Below, piece by piece: positions 1 to 9,207 of a DNA stretch of 64,000 nt (the stretch's first letter is position 1; every line of letters starts with the position of its first letter). The DNA lies in the IMG/VR virus record IMGVR_UViG_3300042541_003236; one strand, written 5' to 3'. The position numbers and the translations under genes are program-made. This stretch comes from a virus. The notes beneath the pieces are model-generated. The model made no database searches. It had not been told where the DNA came from and saw only the letters and a list, made by a program, of their open reading frames with translations.

Positions 1-145
1 AGAAATATAAACTAGCTAGTAATTATATAAATTTCACTTCGTCAAATAATATGGACTTAAAATCTGAGTTGATTAGTACTTTAGATAATACTAATATATA
101 TTGGGATCTTTCTAGAATAACATTTAAAATAGAAGAATATAGTTT

Positions 146-664
146 ATGAAGCATTTAAAAAGATTTAGTGCTATACACTCTCTGCTTGAGCATAATGAAA
201 GTTTAGAACTAAAATTTCTACCAGGAGTTAAAGTGTTAAGTCCCGAAGAAATTCGTTCAAAAAGAGACGAACTACGTGATTTCTGTGAAACATATTTAGC
301 TTATCTTTTAGATGAAGGATTTGAATTGAAGATTTATGGAGGTAGTCAACTTACCAGTAATGATAATGTAATAAAACAAAATCCTTTTCAAGTTTCTTTA
401 GTAAAACAAGATAAATCTATTTTTTTATGGCAAGATATAATCAATCAATTTCTACCATTTCTTAAATTTCTAAAAGATAATTATAACTTAGAAAGAGTAG
501 ATCCAAGTTCAACTGTACCTTACCACAGAAAGGCAGATATAAAATTTGTAGATTACAGATGGCATAGTATAATGTATCAAACTAAAGGACTTCTTGAAGA
601 AAGACATAATGCTTTAGATACAAAACAATTAAGAGAAGTTTACTTTATGGTTACTATTAAATAG
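146..664 (+). CDS. hypothetical protein
   Basis: 172-aa ORF; no recognisable motif. Confidence 0.5.
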   Translation: MKHLKRFSAIHSLLEHNESLELKFLPGVKVLSPEEIRSKRDELRDFCETYLAYLLDEGFELKIYGGSQLTSNDNVIKQNPFQVSLVKQDKSIFLWQDIINQFLPFLKFLKDNYNLERVDPSSTVPYHRKADIKFVDYRWHSIMYQTKGLLEERHNALDTKQLREVYFMVTIK

Positions 665-989
665 TAAATCCATCAGTTCTAAACATATCATTCACTAGTT
701 CTACTAGAACATCACCGTGACAAGATTTACCTTTACCATTTTCATCTTTACACCAACAACCCAATGTTTTACCTTTTAACTCGTGTAAGTCATTTAATAA
801 GTACTGACCTTCACCTTTTGTAATCCATTCTTTATAAGCTTCAATAGCTTCTTTTCTGGATGGCATTAAATGTTCTGCTCTTGTAGTTCTATCTTTTATA
901 TGAGAAAAAGGACAACCCCATTTACTGGGGCGTCCTATATAGATGTCATAAGGTGACTTCTTAAAATGTACTACTTTACATTTACTCAT
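657..989 (-). CDS. DUF4326-family phage protein
   Basis: YIGRPSKWGCPF and LGCWC...CHGDVL motifs typical of DUF4326. Confidence 0.6.
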   Translation of the reverse strand: MSKCKVVHFKKSPYDIYIGRPSKWGCPFSHIKDRTTRAEHLMPSRKEAIEAYKEWITKGEGQYLLNDLHELKGKTLGCWCKDENGKGKSCHGDVLVELVNDMFRTDGFTI

Positions 990-999
990 AGTTTTTTAT

Positions 1000-1326
1000 T
1001 TATTTTATCATTGAATAGTATAAATTATCACTCATATCAATTTTAAAAAATGTTATTAGTTTATAGTCTTTATATTTAGTACTAAAAGAATGTTCAAATA
1101 TAAATATTTTTTTATCATATACTCTAATAAATGGATTCTGACATCCATTTATTAGAGTATTATGTGTAATTCTTTTAATTTTATTCCTTAGTACTGTACG
1201 AACTTTTTCTTTAGGTACACCATCTAAAATAACATTGTGGCACATTATAGATAATTCATCAGAATTGATCTGTAATCTTTTATATCCTTGTTGAATACTA
1301 TGTTCTGATAGGCTAACTCTAATCAT
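1000..1326 (-). CDS. hypothetical protein
   Basis: 108-aa ORF tightly packed upstream of NAMPT. Confidence 0.45.
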   Translation of the reverse strand: MIRVSLSEHSIQQGYKRLQINSDELSIMCHNVILDGVPKEKVRTVLRNKIKRITHNTLINGCQNPFIRVYDKKIFIFEHSFSTKYKDYKLITFFKIDMSDNLYYSMIK

Positions 1327-2918
1327 TATGCTATCAATTCTTCTGTTTCTTGTTCTACTAAAACCACAGCTCTTTGTCTAATTTCATCAAAGCTCCACTC
1401 TTTTACAATTTCTCCCATTCTAAATACTTCAACTAATTCGTCTTTAACAGTATCAAAGTCTGCATCCATTGAAGTAACAGTTCTGTAAGAACCATCATCA
1501 TTTTTAACAAGTTTCAAACGACCTTGTTTAGATTTTTTGAAAGATTTCATAATGTTGCCATCAGCATCCATTTCTGTAGGAGATTTAACTACATTTCTTT
1601 CTTCACCATCAACCACCGCAAAACAAGCTTTAGTTGCAAAGTTATTTGTATCACGGTTTATATCCGCTTGTAATAATTTACCACCCATACCCAAGGCTAA
1701 GTTCTCTGGAGAAATACCTTCTGATTTTAACATCGCATAGATTTCACCAATTGATTCTAAGTTTACACCATCACCTTGGATTACTCTAACTTGTGGTGGA
1801 AGTACTTTGTAACCTTTTTCATTTAAAGTATAACCAAACTTGTCAAATAATATATCAAAGATTTCTTTTAATGTTCTTAAAACGTGACCAGAGTCAGGTC
1901 TAATAACTAATTGATTTCCAGGTGTTGCTGGTCTTGAAAGAACTAAATCTCTCAACTCAGTTCCCCAATACTCAGAACAAGCTCTAAAAATGTTATATGA
2001 ATCTGATACACAGGCAACTAATCCAGTAGGAAATGTTTTTAAAACTCGCATCATTAACTCTAACTCTCCTTCTTCACCTTTAAGTGTCATAATAGAGTGT
2101 TCAGTTGCTGGAATTGATAAACCATATACTCTATCTGTATTATATACGTCTCTAATCAATTTAGAAGCGATTACAGTGTCTGATCCTAAGAAGTTGACTA
2201 AATGTGCTGACCCACCAATTTTCGCTGATTGTACAGAAGATACACCTCTGAAACCAAAGTCATTTAAAACAAAATCAACTAAGAAATTGATTGTTTTATT
2301 ATCATAAGAAGTACAATCTAAGAAAGACTCAGTTACGATTTTTCTAACTTCTCTTGAAAGTGTAGCAACAGTGATTGGATACCAAACTTGAAGTAAGATA
2401 CTTTCTAAGAAGTTTGTCAACCAAGCACATTGTTCATCTAAACTTTCAATAATGAAAAGTACATTTTTTGTATTTACAACAGTTCCCTCTGGTACAGCTT
2501 TAATACTGATAGGAAGTTTACCATCATATTTATCAACGATGTAATCAAACTTAGAACGGTCGAATACATCTTCTCTACCAAATACACCTAATTTAGAAGC
2601 TAAGTAATCGTCTGCTTCATCAACTTCTTCTTTGGTGATAGCGATACCTTCTAAGTATTGTTTAAGTAAAATTTGTAAACCATAGAATAAGGTTTCAGAA
2701 AACTTACCACCACGAGATTCCATATACGAAACCATTTTAGTCATTTCTGTACCATAAAATCGGTGATGTGAGTATTTGTATGCGTCAGAACAAAGGATTA
2801 AATTGTCTGGTTTTGTAATGATTTTTGTTAGGTATTTTTGAATACCTTCTAAAGAAGTCCAATCTTTACTAGCGATGGCTCTTTCTAATTTTCGAGTAAT
2901 TTGTCTTTGTAAACTCAT
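1326..2918 (-). CDS. nadV: nicotinamide phosphoribosyltransferase (NAMPT/NadV)
   Basis: 530 aa; VIQGDGVNLESIGEI block matches the conserved VIQGDGV segment of NAMPT; length and overall pattern of phage NadV. Confidence 0.85.
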   Translation of the reverse strand: MSLQRQITRKLERAIASKDWTSLEGIQKYLTKIITKPDNLILCSDAYKYSHHRFYGTEMTKMVSYMESRGGKFSETLFYGLQILLKQYLEGIAITKEEVDEADDYLASKLGVFGREDVFDRSKFDYIVDKYDGKLPISIKAVPEGTVVNTKNVLFIIESLDEQCAWLTNFLESILLQVWYPITVATLSREVRKIVTESFLDCTSYDNKTINFLVDFVLNDFGFRGVSSVQSAKIGGSAHLVNFLGSDTVIASKLIRDVYNTDRVYGLSIPATEHSIMTLKGEEGELELMMRVLKTFPTGLVACVSDSYNIFRACSEYWGTELRDLVLSRPATPGNQLVIRPDSGHVLRTLKEIFDILFDKFGYTLNEKGYKVLPPQVRVIQGDGVNLESIGEIYAMLKSEGISPENLALGMGGKLLQADINRDTNNFATKACFAVVDGEERNVVKSPTEMDADGNIMKSFKKSKQGRLKLVKNDDGSYRTVTSMDADFDTVKDELVEVFRMGEIVKEWSFDEIRQRAVVLVEQETEELIA

Positions 2919-2923
2919 AATAT

Positions 2924-3259
2924 TTAATTTAATATTTTTTCTATCTTTTTATCTCTAATATCTGCCGCAGATTCATGTACAGTTCCTTCTAAACTTTTTC
3001 CCATACCTTTTGCTAGTTTAAGAACTATTTCACCAGCTTCCTCGATACTTTCGACTTTAAACTTCAAATCCGAAATAGATAATTCATTTTTTTCTTCTTT
3101 ATAAACGCAAGTAGGTCCACCAGACATATCACCTAAAAATATGTAATAGTAATAAGGTTCTGAATTACTATTAGCATAAACTGACTCTCTTATCCAATTA
3201 AATGGATAAGATTGAACCATCATTAAGCCAGTTGATATTCTTACAACTGGATTATTCAT
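2924..3259 (-). CDS. hypothetical protein between NAMPT and NMNAT
   Basis: 111-aa ORF co-oriented and tightly packed with both NAD genes. Confidence 0.45.
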   Translation of the reverse strand: MNNPVVRISTGLMMVQSYPFNWIRESVYANSNSEPYYYYIFLGDMSGGPTCVYKEEKNELSISDLKFKVESIEEAGEIVLKLAKGMGKSLEGTVHESAADIRDKKIEKILN

Positions 3260-4254
3260 TACTCAGCAGTATAAGTTACGTTAGTTCTTTCTTCTAATTT
3301 TTCACCAATTGGTATAAGATTTTGAGAATAAACTTTATCAATAAACGTTTTCATTAGTTCTCTATGTTCTGGAACAATTCCAGTTCTGATACCATCATAG
3401 TTACTAAATTTATTAGCAGGTACCCATTTTACTTCAGCAATATCATCAGAAGCTTTTGCAAACCCATGATGTCTTGTAGCTAGGTATAATGTGGTCATTA
3501 TACCAGAGTCTTCACCTTTATATCTCCAATCATTTACTTTTTGAGAGGTGATATAGGTTAAACTTCTATTTACTACTAAGTTACCGCCAGTTTCTTCATC
3601 AAGTTCTCTTAAAGCAGCTGCTTCAAATGAAGCGTCTTTAGTATCAACAAAACCACCAATAAATCTAAATAGTTTCTCATTAGGTTTTCTACCTAAAAGT
3701 ATGTTACCTTCACTATCGTGTGCAACAATGTCAACAGTTGGAAAAGTTGTAGGTCTGTGGTTAAAAGAAGAGTAGATAACACCGGCTCTAAAGTCGTCAG
3801 AGTCTAAAGTTTCTTTTGCAACTTCTTCACGGATGTTTGTACCGTTATAAGTAACACTTTCTTCTAATTCGATAACCGGAAATTTACCAGAGTAGTAAGG
3901 AATGAAAGAGTCTCTACTTCCGTAGATTACAGTTTTTTTCTCACCAAAAGGAATAGGAATAATAGCATCAACATCGTGAGACCATTTTTCGTTATATCTT
4001 TGATCTTGAATAGGTAAAATCATAACAGAGGGAAACTCTGCTTGAATCATTGCTTTACGAGAAGCGAAGTCGAGTGGATTTTTACGAGTGTTTTGAACTC
4101 TAGATACACCTAAAAGTATGATTACTTTTTTGTGGTTATCTAATACGTAGTTGATTAAATTTCTGTGACCATCGTGTAGTTTGTTTACTTGGAAGCGGCC
4201 GATAATCGTACCGACTTCAAAGTCTTTCGGATTTATTTCTGATTTGATTATCAT
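3259..4254 (-). CDS. nadM: bifunctional NMN adenylyltransferase / Nudix ADP-ribose pyrophosphatase (NadM/NatV-like)
   Basis: N-terminal GRFQ..HDGH nucleotidyltransferase (HxGH) motif; C-terminal Nudix box GGFVDTKDASFEAAALRELDEETG. Confidence 0.85.
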   Translation of the reverse strand: MIIKSEINPKDFEVGTIIGRFQVNKLHDGHRNLINYVLDNHKKVIILLGVSRVQNTRKNPLDFASRKAMIQAEFPSVMILPIQDQRYNEKWSHDVDAIIPIPFGEKKTVIYGSRDSFIPYYSGKFPVIELEESVTYNGTNIREEVAKETLDSDDFRAGVIYSSFNHRPTTFPTVDIVAHDSEGNILLGRKPNEKLFRFIGGFVDTKDASFEAAALRELDEETGGNLVVNRSLTYITSQKVNDWRYKGEDSGIMTTLYLATRHHGFAKASDDIAEVKWVPANKFSNYDGIRTGIVPEHRELMKTFIDKVYSQNLIPIGEKLEERTNVTYTAE

Positions 4255-4275
4255 AATATATGTTTTATTTTATAG

Positions 4276-4286
4276 TACAAAGATAC
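4276..4286 (-). promoter_or_regulatory. Bacteroidetes-type -7 box (TAtcTTTG) upstream of nadM
   Basis: + strand tacaaagatac, 24 nt upstream of the start at 4254. Confidence 0.5.
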
Positions 4287-4335
4287 GAAGAATTTTAGTA
4301 TCAATTAATTATTATATTATATTTTTATCAAATAG

Positions 4336-4701
4336 TTACATAATTTTAATTGATACTTTAAATCTTTTAATTTTATCATATTTAAACAGTGGAAAGTTTG
4401 GAAACATTTCTCTTTTAGATTTACTCATTGTTTGATATGTTACTTTAGCATCATATCTACGTTTCATAAGTTCAACAACAGTTAAGACATTTGGTTGTAT
4501 TTTACTTATTTTAAACTCTGATTTGTTTTCTGGGTTTATGTGAAGGTCTATAAATAAAGAGTCGTTATATTCAACAAATCTTTTATCAAATATAAAGTAC
4601 TCGTCACTTAACATAGCAAGTGCACAATCGATAATGTTATCGACTTCTTCTCTTATATTTTTAATATCTTCCATAGTGTAAATATACAAAAAATTCCCCA
4701 A
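4336..4701 (-). CDS. hypothetical protein
   Basis: 121-aa ORF. Confidence 0.45.
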   Translation of the reverse strand: MGNFLYIYTMEDIKNIREEVDNIIDCALAMLSDEYFIFDKRFVEYNDSLFIDLHINPENKSEFKISKIQPNVLTVVELMKRRYDAKVTYQTMSKSKREMFPNFPLFKYDKIKRFKVSIKIM

Positions 4702-4716
4702 TTGGGGAATTAATTA

Positions 4717-5949
4717 TTAATCTTCGTAACTTTCTTCGTCATAATCATTATCATACTCTTGTGGATCAAAATAATTTCCATTTTCATCTTCATAACCACC
4801 AGTAGTTGATCTTAATCTTCTGTGGTAATCATCTTCACAGTTAGAAATGATATTACTATCTAAGTTAGTAAACGACATTGTATCTGTATAAGGATAAAAT
4901 GCAAAGTTTGCTTCATCTAACTCAAGTGTTATATTTGCTCGTTGTTCAATCACACCATTAGTAATTGAACATTCAGTGTCCATATTTTGACCTTTTTTAT
5001 ACCAAAATCCTTTAGATTCAGCAAATCTTTTAAACAAATCAGTATCAGAGTCTTGTGCAGTATAGATTCTATCCATAAAGTTGATTTTACCTTCAACTCC
5101 TACACAATCTGCATCATTCCACACAATCGCTCTACCTTTGATTTTATCAGAAGTATATTTACCGTTTTCTAATTTACCTTCATCACCATAAAGAATAACT
5201 AACTTAACCTGTGGATTTTTTGTGTAAATGTCGAAGAATTCTTTTTTAACATTAGCCATACAAGAATTGTTCAAAGTACCACCACCTTGAATATATTTTT
5301 CATAGTGATACCATTTTGCAATATCATCACCTGATACTATATCAAATCTATTACTAGCATCTGAATTAAAATCAAATGCTGCTTTGAATTGATTAGTGAA
5401 CTCTTCGATTTCTTTTGTAGTAAAGTTAATAGAAGCAGTAGTTAAAAGTGATCTTGTAAATCGACCAATTCTAATAACATTTCTGTTAGAACTCCAGATT
5501 TTATTATAACAAGTTGAAGGTTGTAAAGTTGCTTTATTAACAACAGTTTTTCTTGTTCCTTCAAACTCTTGAATAATACAATAGATTTTATCACTAATAC
5601 GTGACTTTGCTTCACCTAATACAATAACTTGTGTACCTTGTTCAGGTCCCCATGGATCATTGTTAGGTTTAGTATAACCTAAGTCGTTAAACATATTAGT
5701 ATTTGCAGTACCGTGTGTTAAGTGTCTTGTTTCCTCAGTAGTTGACCATACCTGAGGTAAGTTAGCTATGATTTCTTTAACTTTTCTTTCGGGTGTGAAA
5801 GAAACGGTATCTTTTACATCGGTAATATCGATATAGTTTTGGGTTACCTCAAAGTTTTTATTTTCAAGATCTAAAAGTATTTTCGCAACACGATGGTCGA
5901 TAAGTTTTAATAGGCTTGTAAACTTACCAGAGTATTTAATTTCAGACAT
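4717..5949 (-). CDS. paralogous-family protein A1 (unknown function, acidic C-terminal tail)
   Basis: Shares the blocks FDIVSGDDIAKWY, GGGTLNNSCM, FFDIYTKNPQVKLVIL, GRAIVW and MDRIYT with ORFs 23448-24641 and 49119-50315. Confidence 0.6.
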   Translation of the reverse strand: MSEIKYSGKFTSLLKLIDHRVAKILLDLENKNFEVTQNYIDITDVKDTVSFTPERKVKEIIANLPQVWSTTEETRHLTHGTANTNMFNDLGYTKPNNDPWGPEQGTQVIVLGEAKSRISDKIYCIIQEFEGTRKTVVNKATLQPSTCYNKIWSSNRNVIRIGRFTRSLLTTASINFTTKEIEEFTNQFKAAFDFNSDASNRFDIVSGDDIAKWYHYEKYIQGGGTLNNSCMANVKKEFFDIYTKNPQVKLVILYGDEGKLENGKYTSDKIKGRAIVWNDADCVGVEGKINFMDRIYTAQDSDTDLFKRFAESKGFWYKKGQNMDTECSITNGVIEQRANITLELDEANFAFYPYTDTMSFTNLDSNIISNCEDDYHRRLRSTTGGYEDENGNYFDPQEYDNDYDEESYED

Positions 5950-6015
5950 ATTTATTATTTTTGATAAGGCAAATATAGATTAATAATTTGGATAAAAAAA
6001 GAAAAATCTCAAAAA

Positions 6016-6219
6016 TTAATTTGAGATTTCTCCTCTGTATTCTTGTTTGTATTTACCACAGGGACATACCCAACAATCTTCTGTTGGAATTAAAGCACCC
6101 CAATTTGGTTGTTTATCTCGCTCACATCCGTCATAAGAGCAACACGTATAAGGATGATACCTTGTATCATCTTGTCGTTCTTGTAGTTTTTGTACTTGTT
6201 CTTTACTTATTTTTCCCAT
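6016..6219 (-). CDS. small Cys-rich (putative zinc-binding) protein
   Basis: 67 aa with CCSYDGC...CWVCPCG cysteine clusters. Confidence 0.4.
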   Translation of the reverse strand: MGKISKEQVQKLQERQDDTRYHPYTCCSYDGCERDKQPNWGALIPTEDCWVCPCGKYKQEYRGEISN

Positions 6220-6646
6220 TTAATATTTCATTTAGTAGTTCGTCTCTTATTTCAGATTTTGGTTTAATAATGATTTCATCAAATTTATAGGCAGTACCAT
6301 TTTTAGAACGAATTGAGTCATGATAAATAACATCAACGATACCTTCGAGTGGAACTTTACTATATTTTGATTGATAGTAAAATATATCACCTTTTGATGG
6401 AATATTCCCACACAAACAGTGTGTTACGGTTGGTGTAACAGATGCTGTTGAACTTGTGAAGTTTATACCAGGTAGTGTAGTAATAACATTAGGTTTTATA
6501 CTGGTAAACTTTTCACAAGTTGAAATGGCTTTATCTATTTTATCATCAGTTATAGTATCGAGAGAACCATACAAAAAATTAAATCCAAATCTTTGTCCGT
6601 CTGTTAGTTTTTTATATAGTTTTTCTAACTTTTTTTTCTTATTCAT
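6203..6646 (-). CDS. hypothetical protein
   Basis: 147-aa ORF. Confidence 0.45.
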   Translation of the reverse strand: MNKKKKLEKLYKKLTDGQRFGFNFLYGSLDTITDDKIDKAISTCEKFTSIKPNVITTLPGINFTSSTASVTPTVTHCLCGNIPSKGDIFYYQSKYSKVPLEGIVDVIYHDSIRSKNGTAYKFDEIIIKPKSEIRDELLNEILNGKNK

Positions 6647-7026
6647 TACTTAACATCTATTCCTAAATTTAACATTGATTGATAAACTTGTAAATTCCAA
6701 TGACCAAATGAACCTTTAATCAATTCACTAAATGTTGTCCATTTAACTACGTGTGGTTCGTCATAAGCAATGTCACCGCTCCATTCGGCAATATATGTAT
6801 AACCAACTCTACCGTCTGAACTAGCTTTTAAATAAACTAATTTTAAGTTAGAAATATCTAATCCTGTTTCTTCTTTACATTCTCTTATAGCACCTAATTC
6901 TGGTGTTGTATCATAATCTTCTAATGAGCCACCAACTAAACCAAAGTCGTTGTGATCTGTTTTTCTTGATACACCTAACACCAATCCTTCTGGATTCAAT
7001 AAAACTACTTGTACTGTTCCTTTCAT
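6646..7026 (-). CDS. Nudix hydrolase
   Basis: Nudix box GGSLEDYDTTPELGAIRECKEETGL; start taken at internal ATG 7026 because a promoter box lies inside the longer ORF. Confidence 0.7.
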   Translation of the reverse strand: MKGTVQVVLLNPEGLVLGVSRKTDHNDFGLVGGSLEDYDTTPELGAIRECKEETGLDISNLKLVYLKASSDGRVGYTYIAEWSGDIAYDEPHVVKWTTFSELIKGSFGHWNLQVYQSMLNLGIDVK

Positions 7027-7043
7027 ACTTTTCCTATTTATGT

Positions 7044-7054
7044 TACAAAGATAC
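7044..7054 (-). promoter_or_regulatory. Bacteroidetes-type -7 box upstream of the Nudix gene
   Basis: + strand tacaaagatac. Confidence 0.45.
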
Positions 7055-7111
7055 AAAAATAGTTGAATCTTTTATGTTATTTTTTATATAATACTAAAAG
7101 AATTATAATAA

Positions 7112-8203
7112 ATGGAAAACGAAAAGTTTTTAAGTGAACAAATAATAACTTATTTAGGTAATAAAAGAAAACTACTTGACTTTATCGGAGAGTCTGTAAA
7201 AGAAATCTTAGAAAAAGAAGGTTTAGAAAAATGTAAAATGTTTGATGGTTTTAGTGGTTCTGGAATTGTATCTCGCTACTTTAAACAATTTTCATCTGAA
7301 CTTTATACTAATGATTTTGAAGAGTATGCGGCTTGTATCAATTCTTGTTACTTATCAAATAAGTCAGAAGTTGATATTAAAAAGTTAGAAGAAATTACTA
7401 AAAGATTAAATGATAATAAGTTAAGTGGTGAAGGAAGTTTTGTAAGAAGATTATACTCACCAGAAGATGATAAAAACATTAAAGAAGATGATCGAACTTT
7501 TTATACTAATCAAAATGCAATCATTATTGATACTATTCGAGAAATGATTTCTGATATAGAACCTGAACTACAAAAGTTCTTTATATCACCACTTTTATAT
7601 AAAGCTTCTGTTCACGTTAATACATCAGGAGTATTCAAAGGATTCTATAAAGATAAAGTAACTAAATTAGGTAAGTTCGGTGGAACTGCTGAAAATGCTT
7701 TGACTAGAATACTAGGAGAAATTGATTTACCGGTAGCAATCTTTAGTAATTATGAATGTCCTGTTCATATATTTAATAGAGATACTAATGAGTTAGTTAA
7801 TGAGTTACCAGAAATGGATATTACTTATTATGATCCACCTTATAATCAACACCCATATGGTTCTAACTATTTTATGTTAAATCTAATTTATAAGAATCAG
7901 ATACCGGAAGAATATTCTAAAGTAAGTGGTATTCCTAAAGATTGGAAGAAATCACCTTTTTATAAAAAAAGTGAGGTAAAAGAAGCATTTGAAAGTTTGA
8001 TTAAAAATACTAAATCAAGATGGATTTTATTATCGTATAATAATGAAGGATTATTATCTAGTGAAGAAATTATGCAGATAATGTCACAGTATGGTGAAGT
8101 AGAACTTAAAAAACAAAAGTATAATACTTTTAGAGGTTCTAAAAATCTAAAAGATAGGGCAACACACGTTGATGAATTACTTTATGTTTTAAAAAAGAAA
8201 TAA
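7112..8203 (+). CDS. Dam-like (alpha-class) N6-adenine DNA methyltransferase
   Basis: N-terminal YLGNKRKLL resembles the Dam W-GGK-LL motif; FDGFSGSG (motif I) precedes DPPY (motif IV) by about 185 aa. Confidence 0.75.
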   Translation: MENEKFLSEQIITYLGNKRKLLDFIGESVKEILEKEGLEKCKMFDGFSGSGIVSRYFKQFSSELYTNDFEEYAACINSCYLSNKSEVDIKKLEEITKRLNDNKLSGEGSFVRRLYSPEDDKNIKEDDRTFYTNQNAIIIDTIREMISDIEPELQKFFISPLLYKASVHVNTSGVFKGFYKDKVTKLGKFGGTAENALTRILGEIDLPVAIFSNYECPVHIFNRDTNELVNELPEMDITYYDPPYNQHPYGSNYFMLNLIYKNQIPEEYSKVSGIPKDWKKSPFYKKSEVKEAFESLIKNTKSRWILLSYNNEGLLSSEEIMQIMSQYGEVELKKQKYNTFRGSKNLKDRATHVDELLYVLKKK

Positions 8204-8205
8204 AA

Positions 8206-8231
8206 AAAGAGTCTATTAAGACTCTTTTTTT
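8206..8231. terminator. bidirectional terminator (aagagtctattaagactcttttttt)
   Basis: Hairpin with T-run between the convergent MTase gene and the 238-aa ORF. Confidence 0.6.
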
Positions 8232-8932
8232 GTTTTTGTATCAATGTAATATTGAGTTGCCTTATCTGCGATTTCAAACATCACATCAAACATTTCGTTA
8301 AATGACCAGTCACTTGTTCCAGGTAATTCATACATAGAGTGTCCTCTCATAAAGTAAGACCCACCAGTAAATAACTTTTTATTAATTTGTTTCCAATTTA
8401 AGTTAATAACATTCATTGGTTGAAAGTGAGCAATAGTTCTAACTCTATCTACGATTGTAGATTCTGGTGCATAAAAATCACATCCTTGTAAAAATACAAC
8501 AAATGGATAAATATCTTCATCTGAAAAAAGTGCATCAAATGCTTTAACATTTTTACCTAATCTTTCAACTGCATTTCCTTGAGCTTGTGCTTTTCCACCT
8601 CTTAAAAGGATTGTATCATTAGTTCCTTGTCTTTTTTGTTCTGATACAAGTATCGGATACATTTTTTCATCGATAGTCATATATAAAAATCCACCATCTG
8701 GTTTTATATAAGTATTTTCTTTACAAAATTTTTCATCACTAACTAAAGCTTCAATATCTTTACAAAGTAATTTATCTTTAAACGTTAGTTTAATATCATA
8801 CTTTTCTTCGATTTTTTCTTTAACTTCGTTAATAACAGTTTTAATTTTTAAATCTTGTTGTTGACTTTCAAGATTTTTTTGAGCATGTTGATTTTTATTC
8901 TCACTCAATTTTTGTCCTTGTGATTTTCCCAT
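8216..8932 (-). CDS. hypothetical protein convergent with the methyltransferase
   Basis: 238-aa ORF sharing a bidirectional terminator with the MTase gene; no motif recognised. Confidence 0.5.
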   Translation of the reverse strand: MGKSQGQKLSENKNQHAQKNLESQQQDLKIKTVINEVKEKIEEKYDIKLTFKDKLLCKDIEALVSDEKFCKENTYIKPDGGFLYMTIDEKMYPILVSEQKRQGTNDTILLRGGKAQAQGNAVERLGKNVKAFDALFSDEDIYPFVVFLQGCDFYAPESTIVDRVRTIAHFQPMNVINLNWKQINKKLFTGGSYFMRGHSMYELPGTSDWSFNEMFDVMFEIADKATQYYIDTKTKKES

Positions 8933-8947
8933 TTTTTATTTAATTTT

Positions 8948-8958
8948 TACAAATATAC
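8948..8958 (-). promoter_or_regulatory. Bacteroidetes-type -7 box (TAtaTTTG) upstream of ORF 8216-8932
   Basis: + strand tacaaatatac, 18 nt from the start. Confidence 0.45.
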
Positions 8959-8961
8959 GGA

Positions 8962-9207
8962 TTATTTTTCAGAATTACAATGATCGTGATCACATTTTTT
9001 ATGTCTACACTTATATGAAGTAAATATAAGAGGTATAAGACAACAAAATATGTGAAACTTAAATCCATAAACCAAAATGAATCCGAGCCAACCAAACCAG
9101 GTAAAATCAAGTTTGTGAAGATCTATATTAAATATGTGTGATATAAAGTGTTCTAATAAGTAGAATACTATAAATGATACGATAAATGTGATTATAAATT
9201 TCTTCAT
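8962..9207 (-). CDS. small membrane protein with Cys/His-rich tail
   Basis: Two hydrophobic segments; C-terminal CRHKKCDHDHC. Confidence 0.4.
   Translation of the reverse strand: MKKFIITFIVSFIVFYLLEHFISHIFNIDLHKLDFTWFGWLGFILVYGFKFHIFCCLIPLIFTSYKCRHKKCDHDHCNSEK

Noticed and set aside
1-145. Possible partial CDS at the window start
   Set aside because: The reading frame running in from the window start (frame 1) hits a stop by position 15 and another at 112; no open frame enters the window.
4181-7091. Small antisense ORFs 4181-4435(+), 4987-5172(+), 5988-6290(+), 6456-6653(+) and 6903-7091(+)
   Set aside because: They are embedded antisense in longer, better-supported minus-strand genes; low-complexity I/L/F-rich translations typical of AT-rich noise.
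8216-8932. Calling the 238-aa ORF a restriction endonuclease and the pair a complete R-M system
   Set aside because: No PD-(D/E)xK, HNH or GIY-YIG motif was recognised by eye. Phage Dam-like MTases are usually orphans. Kept only as a low-interest hypothesis.
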